This document shows positions 42,236 to 60,249 of a stretch of 64,000 nt of DNA, piece after piece. Below the pieces are notes generated by a model. It saw only the letters and a list, made by a program, of their open reading frames with translations, searched no databases and was not told where the DNA came from. The DNA lies in assembly GCF_009914755.1 (NCBI RefSeq), contig NC_060925.1. One strand, 5' to 3'. Within the stretch, counting starts at the first letter, position 1; each line of letters opens with the position of its first letter. Made by a program: the position numbers and the translations under genes. The DNA comes from the human T2T-CHM13v2.0 reference genome, Homo sapiens.

Positions 42236-42757
42236 CTAGAATTTCCATTCTTAGGCAGCCCTATTTGAGCCCTTTCCAGGTTTCGTTCCCAAGTCCTGGA
42301 ACACCTTTCTTAGCCCTGAGTTAGGCAATTTGACTTCCTCTAGAGGGTTCTACTTGCCTCAGACTCCCCTATCCACACTACATCATCCTTCCTCTCTAGC
42401 TCTTTTGGGAACCATGATTTAGTCCCCAAATTCTGCCATGTTAGTATTTTTGCCTTCCTGCCATGGCAGTAACTCTTTCAACTCTTGAGATGATCATCTT
42501 TCCCAACTAAAGGAATGCCACCCCCAGGGCCCAAACCTGAGCATACATTCCTAGACCGCAGTCTTCACTAACTACAACAGCCTTGCTGACACCGTTAGTT
42601 ACCTGAATTGAAGCCCTTTTGCAATGTGCTTGCATAGTGGCGTTAGGCAAGTTCCCCCAAGACACACGGACTCTAAAAACCCATCTTCTACACCTGATTG
42701 ATTACCCCTGGCCCACGGCCCTAGGCTTAGACATATCTTGTTTTCCTGGGTAACTTA

Positions 42758-42985
<228 letters not shown>

Positions 42986-43581
42986 CTAGTTTGAGAACAA
43001 GAATGAACAATAGGTTTGGATTGCATATAAGGGTAAACATGAGGCTGAGTTAGGACCCAGAGAGAAAGAGCTTCCTCACTGGGCTTTGTAGGAGGTACTC
43101 TTAAGAAAAGCACACATAGAATTTACCTGATTTCAAAATTTACTTTTTTTTTTTTTTTTTTTTTGTGAGGCGGAGTCTGACTCCGTCGCCCAGGCTGGAG
43201 TGCAGTGGTGTGATCTCGGCTCACTGCAAGCTCCACCTCCCGGGTTCGCTCATGCCATTCTCCTGCCTCAGCCTCCCAAGTAGGCGGGACTACAGGCGCC
43301 CACCACTACGCCCGGCTAATTTTGTTTTTGTATTTTTAGTAGAGACGGAGTTTCACTGTGTTAGCCAGGATGGTCTCAATTTCCTGACCTCGTGATCCGT
43401 CCGCCTCGGCCTCCCAAAGTGCTGGGATTACAGGTGTGAGCCACCGCGCCCATCCTCAAAGTTTACTTTAAAAAAAAAAAAAAAAGGGGCCGGGCGCAGT
43501 GGCTCACGCCTGTAATCCCAGCACTTTGGGAGGCCGAGGCGGGCGGATCACGAGGTCACGAGATCGAGACCATCCTGGTTA

Positions 43582-43764
<183 letters not shown>

Positions 43765-43805
43765 TCAAAATAAATAAATAAAATAAAATAAAATAAAATA
43801 TTTAA

Positions 43806-44048
<243 letters not shown>

Positions 44049-44201
44049 TGAATTCCTGGCCTCAAGTGATCAGCCCGCCTCGGCCTCCTAAAGTGCTGGG
44101 ATTACAGGCATGAGTCACCACGCCCGGCCCTCTGGTGTTTTCTTAAATATGTCTATACATTATAAAGCAAACTGGATGCCCACAGCCATGATTCAGCCTG
44201 A

Positions 44202-44517
<316 letters not shown>

Positions 44518-44833
44518 TGACCTACATTTTTGTTGTGTTTTTATTTTTTATTGAACATGTATACACGAATGAATACAAATCATAATTCTACAACTTGATA
44601 AGGCTAGTCAACACCCATGAAACCAGCTTCTAGATCAGAAGAAATAAATTACCAGCACCGCACCTACCACGATAACCACTACCTACCTCTTTAAAACTAT
44701 AGCTTGCTTTTGCCTCTTTTTGAGCTCTTTGTGACTGGCTTTCTTCTTCACTCAACATTATTGAGATTAATCCATAAAGTTGTTTGAAGTTGTAGTTGGT
44801 TCTTTCTCATTGCTACATAGAACATGTGACTTT

Positions 44834-45137
44834 GGCCGGGCGCGGTGGCTCACGCCTGTAATCCCAGCACTTTGGGAGGCCGAGACGGGCGGATCACGAG
44901 GTCAGGAGATCGAGACCATACTGGCTAACACGGCGAAACCCCGTCTCTACTAAAAATACCAAAAATTAGCTGGGCGTGGTGGCGGGCGCCTGTAGTCCTA
45001 GCTACTTAGGAGGCTGAGGCAGGAGAATGGAGTGAACCCGGGAGGCGGAGCTTGCAGTGAGCCAAGATCGCGCCACTGCACTCCAGCCTGGGCGACAGAG
45101 CGAGACTCCGTCTCAAAAAAAAAAAAAAAAAAAAAAA
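44834..45137 (+). mobile_element. Young AluY, TSD agaacatgtgacttt (44819-44833, 45138-45152)
   Basis: CpG-rich AluY with a long A tail and a perfect TSD. Confidence 0.92.
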
Positions 45138-45409
45138 AGAACATGTGACTTTGCCACAAATGATCCTTCCTACTAATGGTGGGTAGTTTCCAGTTCGGAC
45201 TACTATAATAATGCCTCTATGAACGTTCCTGGGGCCGGGTGTGGTGGCTCATGCTTGTAATCCCAGCACTTTGAGAGGCCCAGTTGGTACCATTGCTTGA
45301 GGCCAGAAGTTCGAGACCAGCCTGGGCAACACTGTGAACCCCATCTCTACAAAAAAATACAAAAATTAGCTGGATGCGGTGATGGCATGCCTGTATTCCC
45401 AGCTACTCA

Positions 45410-45508
<99 letters not shown>

Positions 45509-46379
45509 CTATCTCAAAAACAAAACAAAACAGCTGGGCGCGGTGGCTCACGCCTGTACTTCTAGCACTTTGGGAGGCCGAGGTGGGCAGATCATGAGGT
45601 CAGGAGTTCAAGACCAGCTTGACCAACATGGTGAAACCCTCTCTACTAAAAATACCAAAATTAGCCAGGCGTGGTGGTGTGCACCTGTAATCCCAGCTAC
45701 TCAGGAGGCTGAGGCAAGAGAATCACTTGAAACTGGGAGGTGGAGGTTGTAGTAAGCCGAGATCGTGCCATTGCACTGCACTCCAGCCTGGGCAACAGAG
45801 CAAGACTCCATTTCAAAAAAAAAAAAAAGAATAAAAAAACAAAAAATAAACTACCATCAGAAGGCTTGACAACAGTGGGTTCACATTTCCTTATAGTAAC
45901 ACTTGACTGGAATGACACATGTCTTAGGACATGACATCTTCACAGACCCTGCCACTTCTATTACAAATGCAGACATGCAGACATATTTATTTTGGTAGCC
46001 CTTTTTTTTTCTTAAATTCAATAATCTCTTAGAACACGCTTCCCCCAGAAAACTGCAAAGCTTATTTATTTATTTATTTTGAGACAGAGTCTCACTCTAT
46101 CACCCAGGCTGGAGTACAGTGGCGTGATCTCAGCTCACTGCAACCTCTGAGTAGCTGGGATTACAGGCATGTGCCACCATGCCCAAGTAATTTTTTTTTT
46201 GTATATTTAGTAGAGACAGGGTTTCACCATGTTGGTGAGGCTGGTCTCGAACTCTTGACCTCAGGTAATACACCTGCCTCGGCCTCCCAAAGTGCTGGGA
46301 TTACAGGCATGAGCCACTGCACCTGGCCTTTGTTTTTTTTTCTTAAATTCAATAATCTCTTAGGACACGCTTCCCCTAG

Positions 46380-46526
<147 letters not shown>

Positions 46527-48066
46527 TAGCTGGGATTACAAGCGTGCCACCCTGCCTGGCTAATTTTTTGTATTTTCAGTAGAGATGGGGGTTTCACCAT
46601 GCTGATCAGGCTGGTCTTGAACTCCTGACCTCGTGATCAAGGCCTCCCAAAGTGCTGGGATAACAGGCGTGAGCCACCACACCCAACCTCTTTTTTTTTG
46701 AGACTGAGTTTTGCTCTTGTTGCCCAGGCTGGAGTGTAATGGCTCGATCTCCACTGCAATGTCCACCTCCTGAGGTTGGAGCAATTCTCCTGCCTTAGCC
46801 TTCCGAGTAGCTGGGATTATAGGCGCCCACCACCACGCCTGGCAAATTTTCCATACTTTTTTTTTTAGTAGAGATGGGGTTTCACCATGATGGCCAGGCT
46901 AGTCTCAGACCCCGGACCTCAGGTGATCCACCCGCCTTGGCCTCTCAAAGTGCTGGGATTACAGGCGTGAGCCCCTGCACCTGGCCTGCAAAGCTTATTT
47001 CTTCATTTTCTTCAAGTATCTGTTCATATGTTACTTTATCAGAGAGGACTTCCTTAATACCCGCCCTATAAAAAATGGTAACCTCCCCCTGCACTATGGT
47101 TCTTGTTTTCCTTTATTCTCTTTACTTTGCTTTATTTTTCTCTGTTTTACTTATGTGATGTATGTTTATTTTCTCCCTCCAACTACAATGGAAGCTCTGT
47201 GAGATCAAGGACTTTTCTTTTTCTTTTTCTTTTTTTTTTTTGGAGACAATCTTACTCTGTCGCCCAGGCGGGAATGCAGTGGCACAATGGTGGCTCATTC
47301 AGCCTTCACCTCCCTATGCTCAGGTGATCCTCCCATCTCAGCAGGCTGAGCCTCCTAAGTAGCTGGGACTATAGGCACTAATTTTTTTTTTTTTTTTGTA
47401 TTTTTAGTAGAGACAGAATTTCACCATGTTGGCCAAGCTAGTCTCGAACTCCTGATCTCAGGTGATCCACCTGCCTTGGCCTCCTAAAGTGCTGTAATTA
47501 TAGGCGTGAGCTACTGCACCTGGCCAAGACTCTTTAATAAATGTGATTGGTATACAACACTTCAAATGTATGTATTGTTTACAGTAGTAAACTATGTTAG
47601 TTTCCTCATTGTAAAATGGGTTAAGTAATGCTATCACAAAGGATTATTGTGACTCTTTTTTTTTTTTTTTTTTTTGAGGCAGAGTCTCACTCTGTTGCCC
47701 TGGCTGGAGTGCAGTAGCGCAGTCTCGGCTCATTGAAACCTCTGCCTCCTGGGTTCAAGCGATTCTCCTGCCTCTGCCTTCTGAGTAGCTGGGATTACAG
47801 GCGCATGCCTATCGTTGGCCAATTTTTTGTATTTTTAGTGGAGATGGGGTTTTGTCATGTTGATCAGGCTGGTCTCAAACTCCTGGTCTCTAGGGATCCA
47901 CCCACCTTGGCCTCCCAAAGTGCTAGGATTACAGGTGTGAGACACTGAGCCTGGCTAAACAGTCTTCAAAAGTACTAGAGAAGCTTAAGCAGGGCGCGGT
48001 GGCTCACACCTGTAATCCCAGCACTTTGGGAGGCCAAGGCGGGTGGATCACGAGGTCAGGAGTTCA

Positions 48067-48302
<236 letters not shown>

Positions 48303-49220
48303 CTAAAAGGAACCCTTCAATGAATCATTGTACAATCATGATATTTTATTTGGAACATATTTAGTCTTATTATTATTATTTTTTATTGTAGGGATGGGGT
48401 CTCAATATGTTGCCCAGGCTGGTCTCAAATTCCTGGGCTTAAGCCATCCTCTCATCTTGGCCTCCCAAAGTGGTGGGATTACAGGTGTGAGCCACCACAC
48501 CTGGCCTGTGTAATTATTTTTTCTTTGCACAGATTTAAATTTCTTTTTTTTTTTTTTTGAGGCAGAGTCTCACTCTGTCACCAGGTTGGAGTGCATGATC
48601 TCAGCTCACTGCAAACTCCGCCTTCTGGGTTCAAGTGATTCTCCTGCCTCAGTCTCCTGAGTAGCTGGGACTACAGGTGTGCACCACCATGCCCAGCTAA
48701 TTTTTGTATTTTTAGTAGAGACGGGTTTCACCATGTTGGCTAGGATAGTCTCGATCTCTTGATCTCATGATCCGCCCAGCTTGGCCTCCCAAAGTGATGG
48801 GATTACAGGCATTAGCCACTGCACCCAGCTAAATTTCTTTTTTTTAGAGCCAGGGTCTCTTTGTTGCCCAGGCTAGAGTGCATAGCTCTCTGCAGTCTTG
48901 AACTCTTGGGCTCAAGTCATCCTCCCACCTCAGCCTCCTACGTGTTGAGACTACAGATATATGCCACCACACCCAGCTAAAATTGGACCAGCCTTCCAGA
49001 GGCTCCTTGACTTCATTTCCCCTTGGCACTATCTCCAGAAATCTTGTTTGTGTTCCATTTTTCTCTCAAGTCTATTGTCTTAGATTGAGATGGTACGCTG
49101 TTCCCTAGCACAGTGATACTCAGACCTATAGATCTCATGTATCAATAAAACAAAACACGTCTTGGAGACCAACACGAGCTTCCCAACATTATATTTTGTG
49201 AAATAAGGATTTTCTTTTAA

Positions 49221-49571
<351 letters not shown>

Positions 49572-50360
49572 TGATTCTCTTTTTCTTCTTTTTTATTTTG
49601 TATCTCATTTCATCTTGCAACATTGCCATCATTTGAAAAGAAAGGATATGTTGACATCAAGGAGGTAAGAAATAAATAATCTCAGGATAAAGAAAAGTTC
49701 TCTCAATTGAATAAAATTTAGCTTTATGAAAAACTCATTACATGCCGGGTCTGGTGGCTCTGGCCTGTAATCTCAGCCCTTTGAGAGGCCGAGGCGGATG
49801 GATCACTTGAGGTAAGGAGTTCGAGACCAGCCCGGCCATAATAGTGAAACCCTGTGTCTACTAAAAATACAAAAATTAGCTGGGCATGATGGCATGTACC
49901 TGTAATCCCAGCTACTTGGGTGACTGAGGCAGAGAATCGCTTGAAGCTGGGAGGCGGATGTTGCAGCGAGCCAAGATTGTGCCACAGCACTCTAGCCTGG
50001 TGACAGAGTGAGACTCTGTCTCAAAAAAAACAAAAAACAAAACTCATTACATTGTCATTACCTTTCTCACTTCTTGGAGGACAGGTGAAAATTTCTGCTT
50101 TCTCTTCTAGAGTTCCAGTCGAATTTTTTTTTTCCAGTTGAATCTTCAAGGGTCTTTTAATGGTGGTTCTTTCTTGGTTCACGTTCTTTTCTGCCCTATA
50201 TGTCTCTAAAAGTATCCCTTGAATATTCACAGCCGTGAATTCCTAGCAGCTTAAGGCCACCTGGCCCAGCTGCAGGTTCTTTCTTCCTTTAGTCTGGTTT
50301 TTACATTGCTCTTTTCATACCTCTATTCAGAGATTTATAAAACATCTGCACATTAAAAAG

Positions 50361-50504
50361 CCAATCATCAATTTACCTAGTGATTTTGGTTTCCACAGTA
50401 CTTTTCTTTTAACATCCCACTAAGCTAGTTAACCAATCATCAATTTACCTGGTGATTTTGGTTTCCACAGTACTTTTCTTTTAACATCCCACTAAGCTAG
50501 TTAA
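50361..50504. repeat. 72-bp direct tandem duplication with 1 mismatch
   Basis: 50361-50432 matches 50433-50504 except A50379/G50451. Confidence 0.97.
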
Positions 50505-50591
50505 GCTGCACATTTAACTGCTTATCACAATTGTTGGCCCCACCAGGTTTTCATCTATAAAATGGAGGTTGATGCCGGGCGTGGTGGCTCA

Positions 50592-50918
<327 letters not shown>

Positions 50919-50922
50919 TTAA

Positions 50923-51611
<689 letters not shown>

Positions 51612-52400
51612 TGAGCCACCAGGCTGGGCCTAGCAGTATGTAAACTAGTTTTTTTTTCACCTAGTGTCCATGTGGTGGGTGGGCTTGGGGAGAGAGTAGT
51701 TAATGAGATTGCTCATGGGCAAAAATTTGGGTGTATGTGTATGTTTCCAGTGAGAAGATTCATTACTTTCATTAGATTCTCAACTGAGTCCAAAATGTCC
51801 CCCCACCAATAAAAGGGAAATATTGAAGTAAACAGATGGTTCTAATACACTAAAATAAGTTACCATAAGGAAATATGACCAATATTATGGATGAACAAAG
51901 AATAGCACCTTCTTTCTGCCTGGAGGCAGAAATAATGCTTCACCGATCAGGATCTTGAAGGACAGATAGCAATTGGATAGGGAAGATGGCAAGGCCATTT
52001 CAGGCAGAAACAACTGCATGTGCAAAATTACGGGCTCTGGGAAAAAAATTTTTTTAAAGTTCAGAGTATGGTGGCTCATGCTTGTAATCCCAACACTTTG
52101 GTAGGCCAAGGCAGGAGGATTGCTTAAGGCCAGGAGTTTGACACCAGCCTGGGCAACATAGAGACCCTTTCTCTACAAAAAATAAAACATTGGCCAGGCA
52201 TAGTGGTTTGTGCTTGTGGTCCCAGCTGCTCAGGAGGCCAAGGCCTCAGGAAGACGAGGTTGAGGCTACAGTGAGCTGAGATCGTGTCACTGCACTCCAG
52301 CTTGAGCGACAGAGCAAGATCTTGTCTCAAAAAACACAAAAAATAAAATAACTAAATAATTATATGTATCTATTTTTTAAGATGGAGTCTTACTCTGTAG

Positions 52401-52601
<201 letters not shown>

Positions 52602-53559
52602 TGATCCACCCACCTCGGCCTCCCAAAATGCTGGGATTACAAGTGTGAGCCACTGCACCCGGTCAATAATAAATTTTTTAAAAAGTTCAATGTGACTTCA
52701 GTGTGACTGGAGTGACTGGAATTGCCTGGCAATCAATGCTTGAGAAATACACAGGGCTAGAGAGGGACAAGTGTCCTACACTGTGTACACCACAGAAAAC
52801 TAGCAGAAATTTTTAAGTGTTTTTACACTGTCAGTTGTGTGAGATATATAAACATTTCTCACCAGTGGTCTCTTTTATTCCTGATACATTAATGGAACGA
52901 CTTGGGCAATGAAGTCTATTGTTCCTGAGAAGAGCTTTGGAAGTCTGGAAAGTTTGTGATTGGAACTCTAGGACCCAGTCCAGCCCATGGCAAAATTCTG
53001 AAGCGTATGTAAAATTTTCCCTTTCCCCTTCCTATGTGTTTTCTCTCTCATTCTACCCCCTGCCACAGCCCTCATATATCCAGAAGGATCTCTTCGGTTT
53101 CCACCAGAGGCCTAAAATGGTAGAAATAGAAGGGGTTATTTTTGGAACTCATCTTCCTTATTTCACAGTCTTGGAAATAGACTCTGAGTGAGGAAATGAT
53201 TTACTCTCCTGGTTTCCCTTCGATCTCTCTGGTTTGGTGCCGGGCCTTACTCTTCTCCCTTTCTTCTGAGGAAATCTCAAGGACTCCTTTGACTTTAGCA
53301 TCTGTATACCAAAGCCTCTAAGGTTTGGATTCCCAGCCTTGTTTTTCTCTCTGAGCTCTAAACTGTTTAACTGTCTACTGTACATTTCTTTGTTGTTTTT
53401 TGAAACAGGGTCTCTCTCTGTTGCCCAGACTGGAGTGCAGTAGGATGACCATAGCTCACTGCAGCCTTGACTTCCCAGGCTCAAGCTATCCTCCCACCTC
53501 GGCCTCCCGAGTAGCTGAGACCACAGGTGTGTGCCACCACACCTGGCTAATTTTTTATC

Positions 53560-53560
53560 A

Positions 53561-53583
<23 letters not shown>
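53560..53583. repeat. (AT)12 microsatellite in an Alu central linker
   Basis: Read directly. Confidence 0.9.
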
Positions 53584-53591
<8 letters not shown>

Positions 53592-53623
53592 TTGTAGAGA
53601 CAGGGTCTTGCTATGTTACCTAG

Positions 53624-53731
<108 letters not shown>

Positions 53732-54024
53732 TGATGTGTTTTTTTTTTTTTTTTTTTTTGGAGAGGAGTCTCTCTCTGTCGCCCAGGCTGGAGTGCAGTG
53801 GCACTATCTCGGCTTACTGCAAGCTCTGACTCCCAGGTTCACGCCATTCTCCTGCCTCAGCCTCCCGAGTAGCTGGGACTACAGGCGCCTGCCATCGCGC
53901 CCGGCTAATTTTTTGTATTTTTAGTAGAGACGGGGTTTCACCGTGTTAGCCAGGATGGTCTTGATCTCCTGACCTCGTGATCCACCTGCCTCGGCCTCCA
54001 AAAGTGCTGGGATTACAGGCGTGA

Positions 54025-54534
<510 letters not shown>

Positions 54535-54977
54535 TGATCTCCCGGCCTCGGCCTCCCAAAGTGCTGAGATTACAGGCATGAGCCACTGCGCCCGGCCTAT
54601 TTACTTATTTTTTCTACAGACGGAAGGCTCCCTATATTGCCCAGGCTGGTCTCAAACTACTGGCTTCAAATGATCCTCCCACCTTGGCCTCCCAGTGTTG
54701 GGATTAGGGGTGTGGGCCACTGTACCTGGACACAATTTTGTCCACTTCTCGCTGTCTTCACTGCCACTACATTAGAGCCTGCCACTATTATTATTATTAT
54801 TTTTTGGCCTGAACTTACTGCAACACTCTTCTAACTCCTAAGTTACTCTCTTCTCCTTAAATCTACTTCCCACACTGCAACCAGAGTAAACTTCTTAAAA
54901 TGTAAACCAGAGCCTGCTCTGCTCCTATTAACCCTTTATTATTATTATTATTTGTTAATTTATTATTATTTTTTTGA

Positions 54978-55151
<174 letters not shown>

Positions 55152-55185
55152 TAGTCAGGATGGTCTCGATCTCCTGACCTCGTGA

Positions 55186-55736
<551 letters not shown>

Positions 55737-56498
55737 TAGTAGAGACGGGGTTTCACCGTGTTGTCCAGGCTGGCCTCGAACTCCTGACCTCAGGTGATCC
55801 GCCCGCTTCGGCCTCCCGCAGTGCTGGGATTACAGGCGTGATCCACCGTGCCTGGCCAGCACATGTTGTTCTTTTGTTTCCCTTCTCTCCTTGCCTGGCC
55901 TGTTTCTCCTCATCCTTTATGTTTTAGCTGAAGCTCATCTCCTCAGGGAAACCTTCCCTAGCTCCTCTGAGGAGGTTATACCTGTCTGTACTTCCTCATT
56001 GCACTTTCCACAACTGTAATTGAACAACTATTTGAATAGCTATTTTCATAGTCTCAGTTTCCCTGGCTAGTCTGCTTCAAGGAGAAATGAACTTTCTCCC
56101 CAGCACACTGCCTGGCCCTCAATAAATATTTGTTGAAAGAGAGACTGAATGCTTCATTTACCCAGCGGCAGAGCTGAACCTAGAATCTAAACATTTCCAG
56201 TACAGTATTATTTTCTTCAAACCATGAAATGACACCACATATTCCAACTTCCCCTCTCTCTTTCCAGTGATTAAATATTATCAGTCTTCTGGGTTCTGTT
56301 TCTTCAGGGGCCTGTTAAAAGCCATCATGGTAAACGAATCCAGGTTTAGAGATTACCCTTTTCCTAAGGATAATTTGTATTTTAACTGGGAACTTCTGGC
56401 AAACAGAAAGTCATCCCAAAGGAACTAATAAAAACTCCTGGCACCATTCTTTCTTGGAGGGAAAGAATTTTTACTTAAATCGCTTAATGGGATTATAG

Positions 56499-56777
<279 letters not shown>

Positions 56778-57142
56778 TAGTCTTGAATTCCTGACCTCGG
56801 GTGATCTGCCCTCCTCGGCCTCCCAAAATACTGGGATTACAGGCGTGAGCCACCGCACCCGGCTTTTTTTTTTTTTTTAAAGTTTATCTTCACGACAAAC
56901 CTGTTGGGTAGGTATCATTATCCATCATCCCCTTTATCAAATGAGGGAATCTAAGAAAGGTTTTAGTTGTTTACCCAGTATTGCACATCTGGGTGGGGAA
57001 ACCATTATTTAGACCCTTTGTCTCCCAGCATATGACTTCTCGTCTAATGCTGTTTTTACAATGCCATGTTGCCTCCAAGGGTAAGTATAGGCAACCGCTT
57101 ACAGTTTATACATAAATCTGGGCCATGGAGCTAAGTGGCTGA

Positions 57143-57286
<144 letters not shown>

Positions 57287-58619
57287 TAGCTGGGACTACA
57301 GGTGCATGGCACCATGCCCAGCTAATTTTTGTATTTTTAGTAGAGTCGAGATTTCACCATGTTGGCCAGGATGGTCTCGATCTTCTGACCTCATGATCCG
57401 GCCCGCCTTGGCCTCCCAAAGTGCTGGGATTACAAACATGAGCCACCGCGCCCGCCGTAGCCGAGTATCTTTAAAAAGAAGTATTACTAGGTTTATTCTA
57501 TTCCCTTGATGGAATCTATGCTCCCAGACTTGACATTTTACTGTCTCCATTAAAAGTCCTTCACCTTTGGTGCCTGACCTTACTCATTCCTACCATAAAT
57601 GTGATTATGGGCAGAGAAAAAAAGTGCTTTGAGCACTTTGACCAAATTATGATGTTAAATCCAAGATGCCATGTTATTTATTTTACCGAGTCCACCCAAG
57701 CCTCCTATATCCAGCGTGTGGATAGTACGAGGTTGACAATTAGTGCATTAGTTACCTGTTTACCACGACGTACTTGCAATAACAAAAGCTATTAGATGGG
57801 CTTTCCTAGTATCAAATATTCCTGCATGAGTTGGCTTTGCTTCTGATTGAAAATACTTTTGCCCATCCTTTGCATCTCCCCTATATTCTGGTTCCCTAAT
57901 ACAGAGTCTCGTAGGGGTAGAGAGATACCATTATGTTAGTGTCAGATACACCTGGCTATTTAATAGTTTTGTAAACTTGGGCACATTACTTAAGCTTTCT
58001 GTTTTTCCAGTCGTAAAAAACCGAAAGACTGATAGCGATTTTGAAGTTGTCGAAAGACTTTAATGTGTTTGAAAATACCTAACAACAAAGCCTGGCCCAC
58101 AGCTGGTATTTCAATAATGTTAATTTCCTTGCTTCCCTCTTGAGGTCCTTAAGATTCATAGGTTCTCCGGACTCCTTGAAAGTTTTGTGTAGATGCATGA
58201 GGTGTATTTTTCTTGGAAATAAAGTCCACAATTTAACAGATTATCTTGGGGCCAGCGATTTCCCCGAAAATAAATTGTAGATTCTCCTTCCGGCAATGCT
58301 AAGGGGTGAATCTCTTTTGCGGGAGACTGGATTCTTTCGGTGTGTGTTTTGCTCTCTGGGTACTCTTTCTGTAGTCGGCTAACAGAGGATGACCAAGCCC
58401 CTCGCGGGGGCGGGGGCGGGTCACTCCCGGACAGGGCCCCCATGAAGTTTCCCTGGGGACTGTGTGACTCCCTAGGGGTCGGGTTACCTCCCAGATGGGG
58501 GTGGGGTATCACTTGCAGCTGGAAGGCAGGTTCATTTTAAGGTCTCGCGGGCTTCGGAGGCCCCTCCCTCACTGAGAAACCGGCTTTTGTCGTTCTTCTG
58601 AAGCCAGAGCTAGTCTTTC

Positions 58620-58800
58620 CAGGTGTTAGTCGAAACCTCGTGGTGCGACCCTGGTCGTCCCAAACCCCCTAGGCCTTAATCCTGGGGCGGTGGGGGCGGG
58701 GAGGCCGTGAGCACAGCTTCCGCTCCTCCAATCCGCCAGAGGGCGCAGCGGCCGGCCTCTCCCTTCCCGGGGTTCTTCGCGCCGGGCCCCTTCCGCGTGG
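58620..58800 (+). other. YTHDF2: Candidate upstream non-coding first exon of YTHDF2 (5' boundary uncertain)
   Basis: Strong donor TGG|gtgagt at 58801 inside the island. Candidate acceptor ctcccgcag| at 59037, upstream of the ATG. Confidence 0.55.
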
Positions 58801-59111
58801 GTGAGTGAATGTGAGAGTCAGCGCTCGCGCCGCGCGCGCCGCCCGCCTCCGCTGTTCGGCGCTCTGCTTTAGGCGGTGGGGGGCGGGCGCGCGCGTAAAA
58901 GCATAGAGACGGGCATTGAGCTCTTGGGCTAGAGCGTCGCCGAGTCGGAGCCGGAGCCTGAGCCGCGCGCTGTGTCTCCGCTGCGTCCGCCGAGGCCCCC
59001 GAGTGTCAGGGACAAAAGCCTCCGCCTGCTCCCGCAGCCGGGGCTCATCTGCCGCCGCCGCCGCGCTGAGGAGAGTTCGCCGCCGTCGCCGCCCGTGAGG
59101 ATCTGAGAGCC

Positions 59112-59138
59112 ATGTCGGCCAGCAGCCTCTTGGAGCAG
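59112..59138 (+). CDS. YTHDF2: YTHDF2 coding exon 1: MSASSLLEQ
   Basis: gccATGt start, donor CAG|gtacag. Recognisable YTHDF2 N-terminus. Confidence 0.97.
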
Positions 59139-59648
59139 GTACAGGCCCGGCCCGCATGCCTCGGCCATTGTGTGAGGCGAGAAGGAGCCCGACTAGGCCC
59201 GGGCCCGCCGCTCCTGGGCAGGCCGAGCCGAGCCGAGGCGTCGTCTCTTGCGGGCCAGGTTTCGGGCCTCTCAGGCCGGCCGCGCCCGGCGCCTCTCCCT
59301 CAGCCTGTTCTTCCCGCTTCTCCTCGGGCCTCGGAGCCCACGGGCCGGGCCGCGCCGCGTTCCCTTCTCTCGGCGGGCCTCGTTTTCCTTCCTTGTTTCC
59401 TTCCCCTTCCTTAAAGCCCTGGGTTCCTCGCGTCGCCGGTGGCGCGTCTGCCGCGTTTTCTCCCCTGCCCCACGGGCCTGGCGCTTTCCCCCGCCTCCCA
59501 TTTTCAGCCTCTTCCTCACTACCATTCCTGACGCCTCCCCTCGGGCCTGCTCCTTTATTCTCCCTTCGGGCCCTGCCTTAATTTGTTCTTCCTTTTCCAT
59601 TTCTCCTTTGGACAACTTGCTGCTCGGCGACGTTTCCTTCCCCTGCAG

Positions 59649-59673
59649 AGACCAAAAGGTCAAGGAAACAAAG
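59649..59673 (+). CDS. YTHDF2: YTHDF2 coding exon 2 (25-nt microexon): RPKGQGNK
   Basis: Acceptor ccctgcag|AGA, donor AAG|gtaagt. Confidence 0.96.
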
Positions 59674-60249
59674 GTAAGTCCCGCTCCGCCGGTGGCCCTG
59701 AGCCGGGAGGGGGACGCGGGGCGGTGGGGGCGGGGTCTCCGGGAAGCGCCCCGGGCGGAGGACCTTTCGGAAGCCGCTTAGTTCGCAGGTGCCGCACACT
59801 TAAGTATTTTGACCCTTTCGGTGTGTTCTTGCAGCTGGCGAACAGCTTTTTCGCTAACAAGGAGTAATTCATTAAGGGTGGGGGTGGATTGGGTTTTGAA
59901 ACGCTCCAGGTCCTTAGTTTCCTGTAGGTCTTAGAAGGCCTTTGTTTTTCATCCTCGTGGATCACTCTCTGGAAGTACTCTCATGTGATGGGGGAGGGGA
60001 AGCGGGAGGGAATGGAAATCCAGAGGAGCCAATAAAATGACCTTTTTAGATCAACTTGCTCTGGGTGGAGGGGGACATTTTCACTGGCGACTGTCGCTTC
60101 AGCATTCACTGTCATCTCTTACCCTTTTGAAGTTCAATCTTACGTGCTTTGTTAACTAGTAAGGTTTTTCTCTGGTTAGCATATATGAACTAATTTGAAA
60201 GGAAGATTGTAGGATTGGGACACTCCTAATTGAATTTTTTTTTCTTTAG

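Larger units (their letters stand above)
58375..59850. promoter_or_regulatory. YTHDF2: CpG island / YTHDF2 promoter with GC boxes
   Basis: Abrupt rise in GC and CpG content. GGGCGG boxes at about 58406-58420, 58683-58701 and 58880. Spans exons 1-2. Confidence 0.93.

Noticed and set aside
50361-50504. CRISPR-like or prokaryotic repeat system
   Set aside because: Only two abutting copies with no spacers; the window is primate genomic DNA throughout.
58889-58900. cgcgtaaa as a GMEB-type site, implying GMEB1 regulates neighbouring YTHDF2
   Set aside because: Short CpG-containing half-sites are expected by chance in a CpG island, and adjacency is not evidence of regulation.
58669-59781. Long Arg/Pro/Ala-rich ORFs on both strands (130-177 aa) over the YTHDF2 5' region
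   Set aside because: Expected stop-codon depletion in a CpG island; they cross real splice sites.
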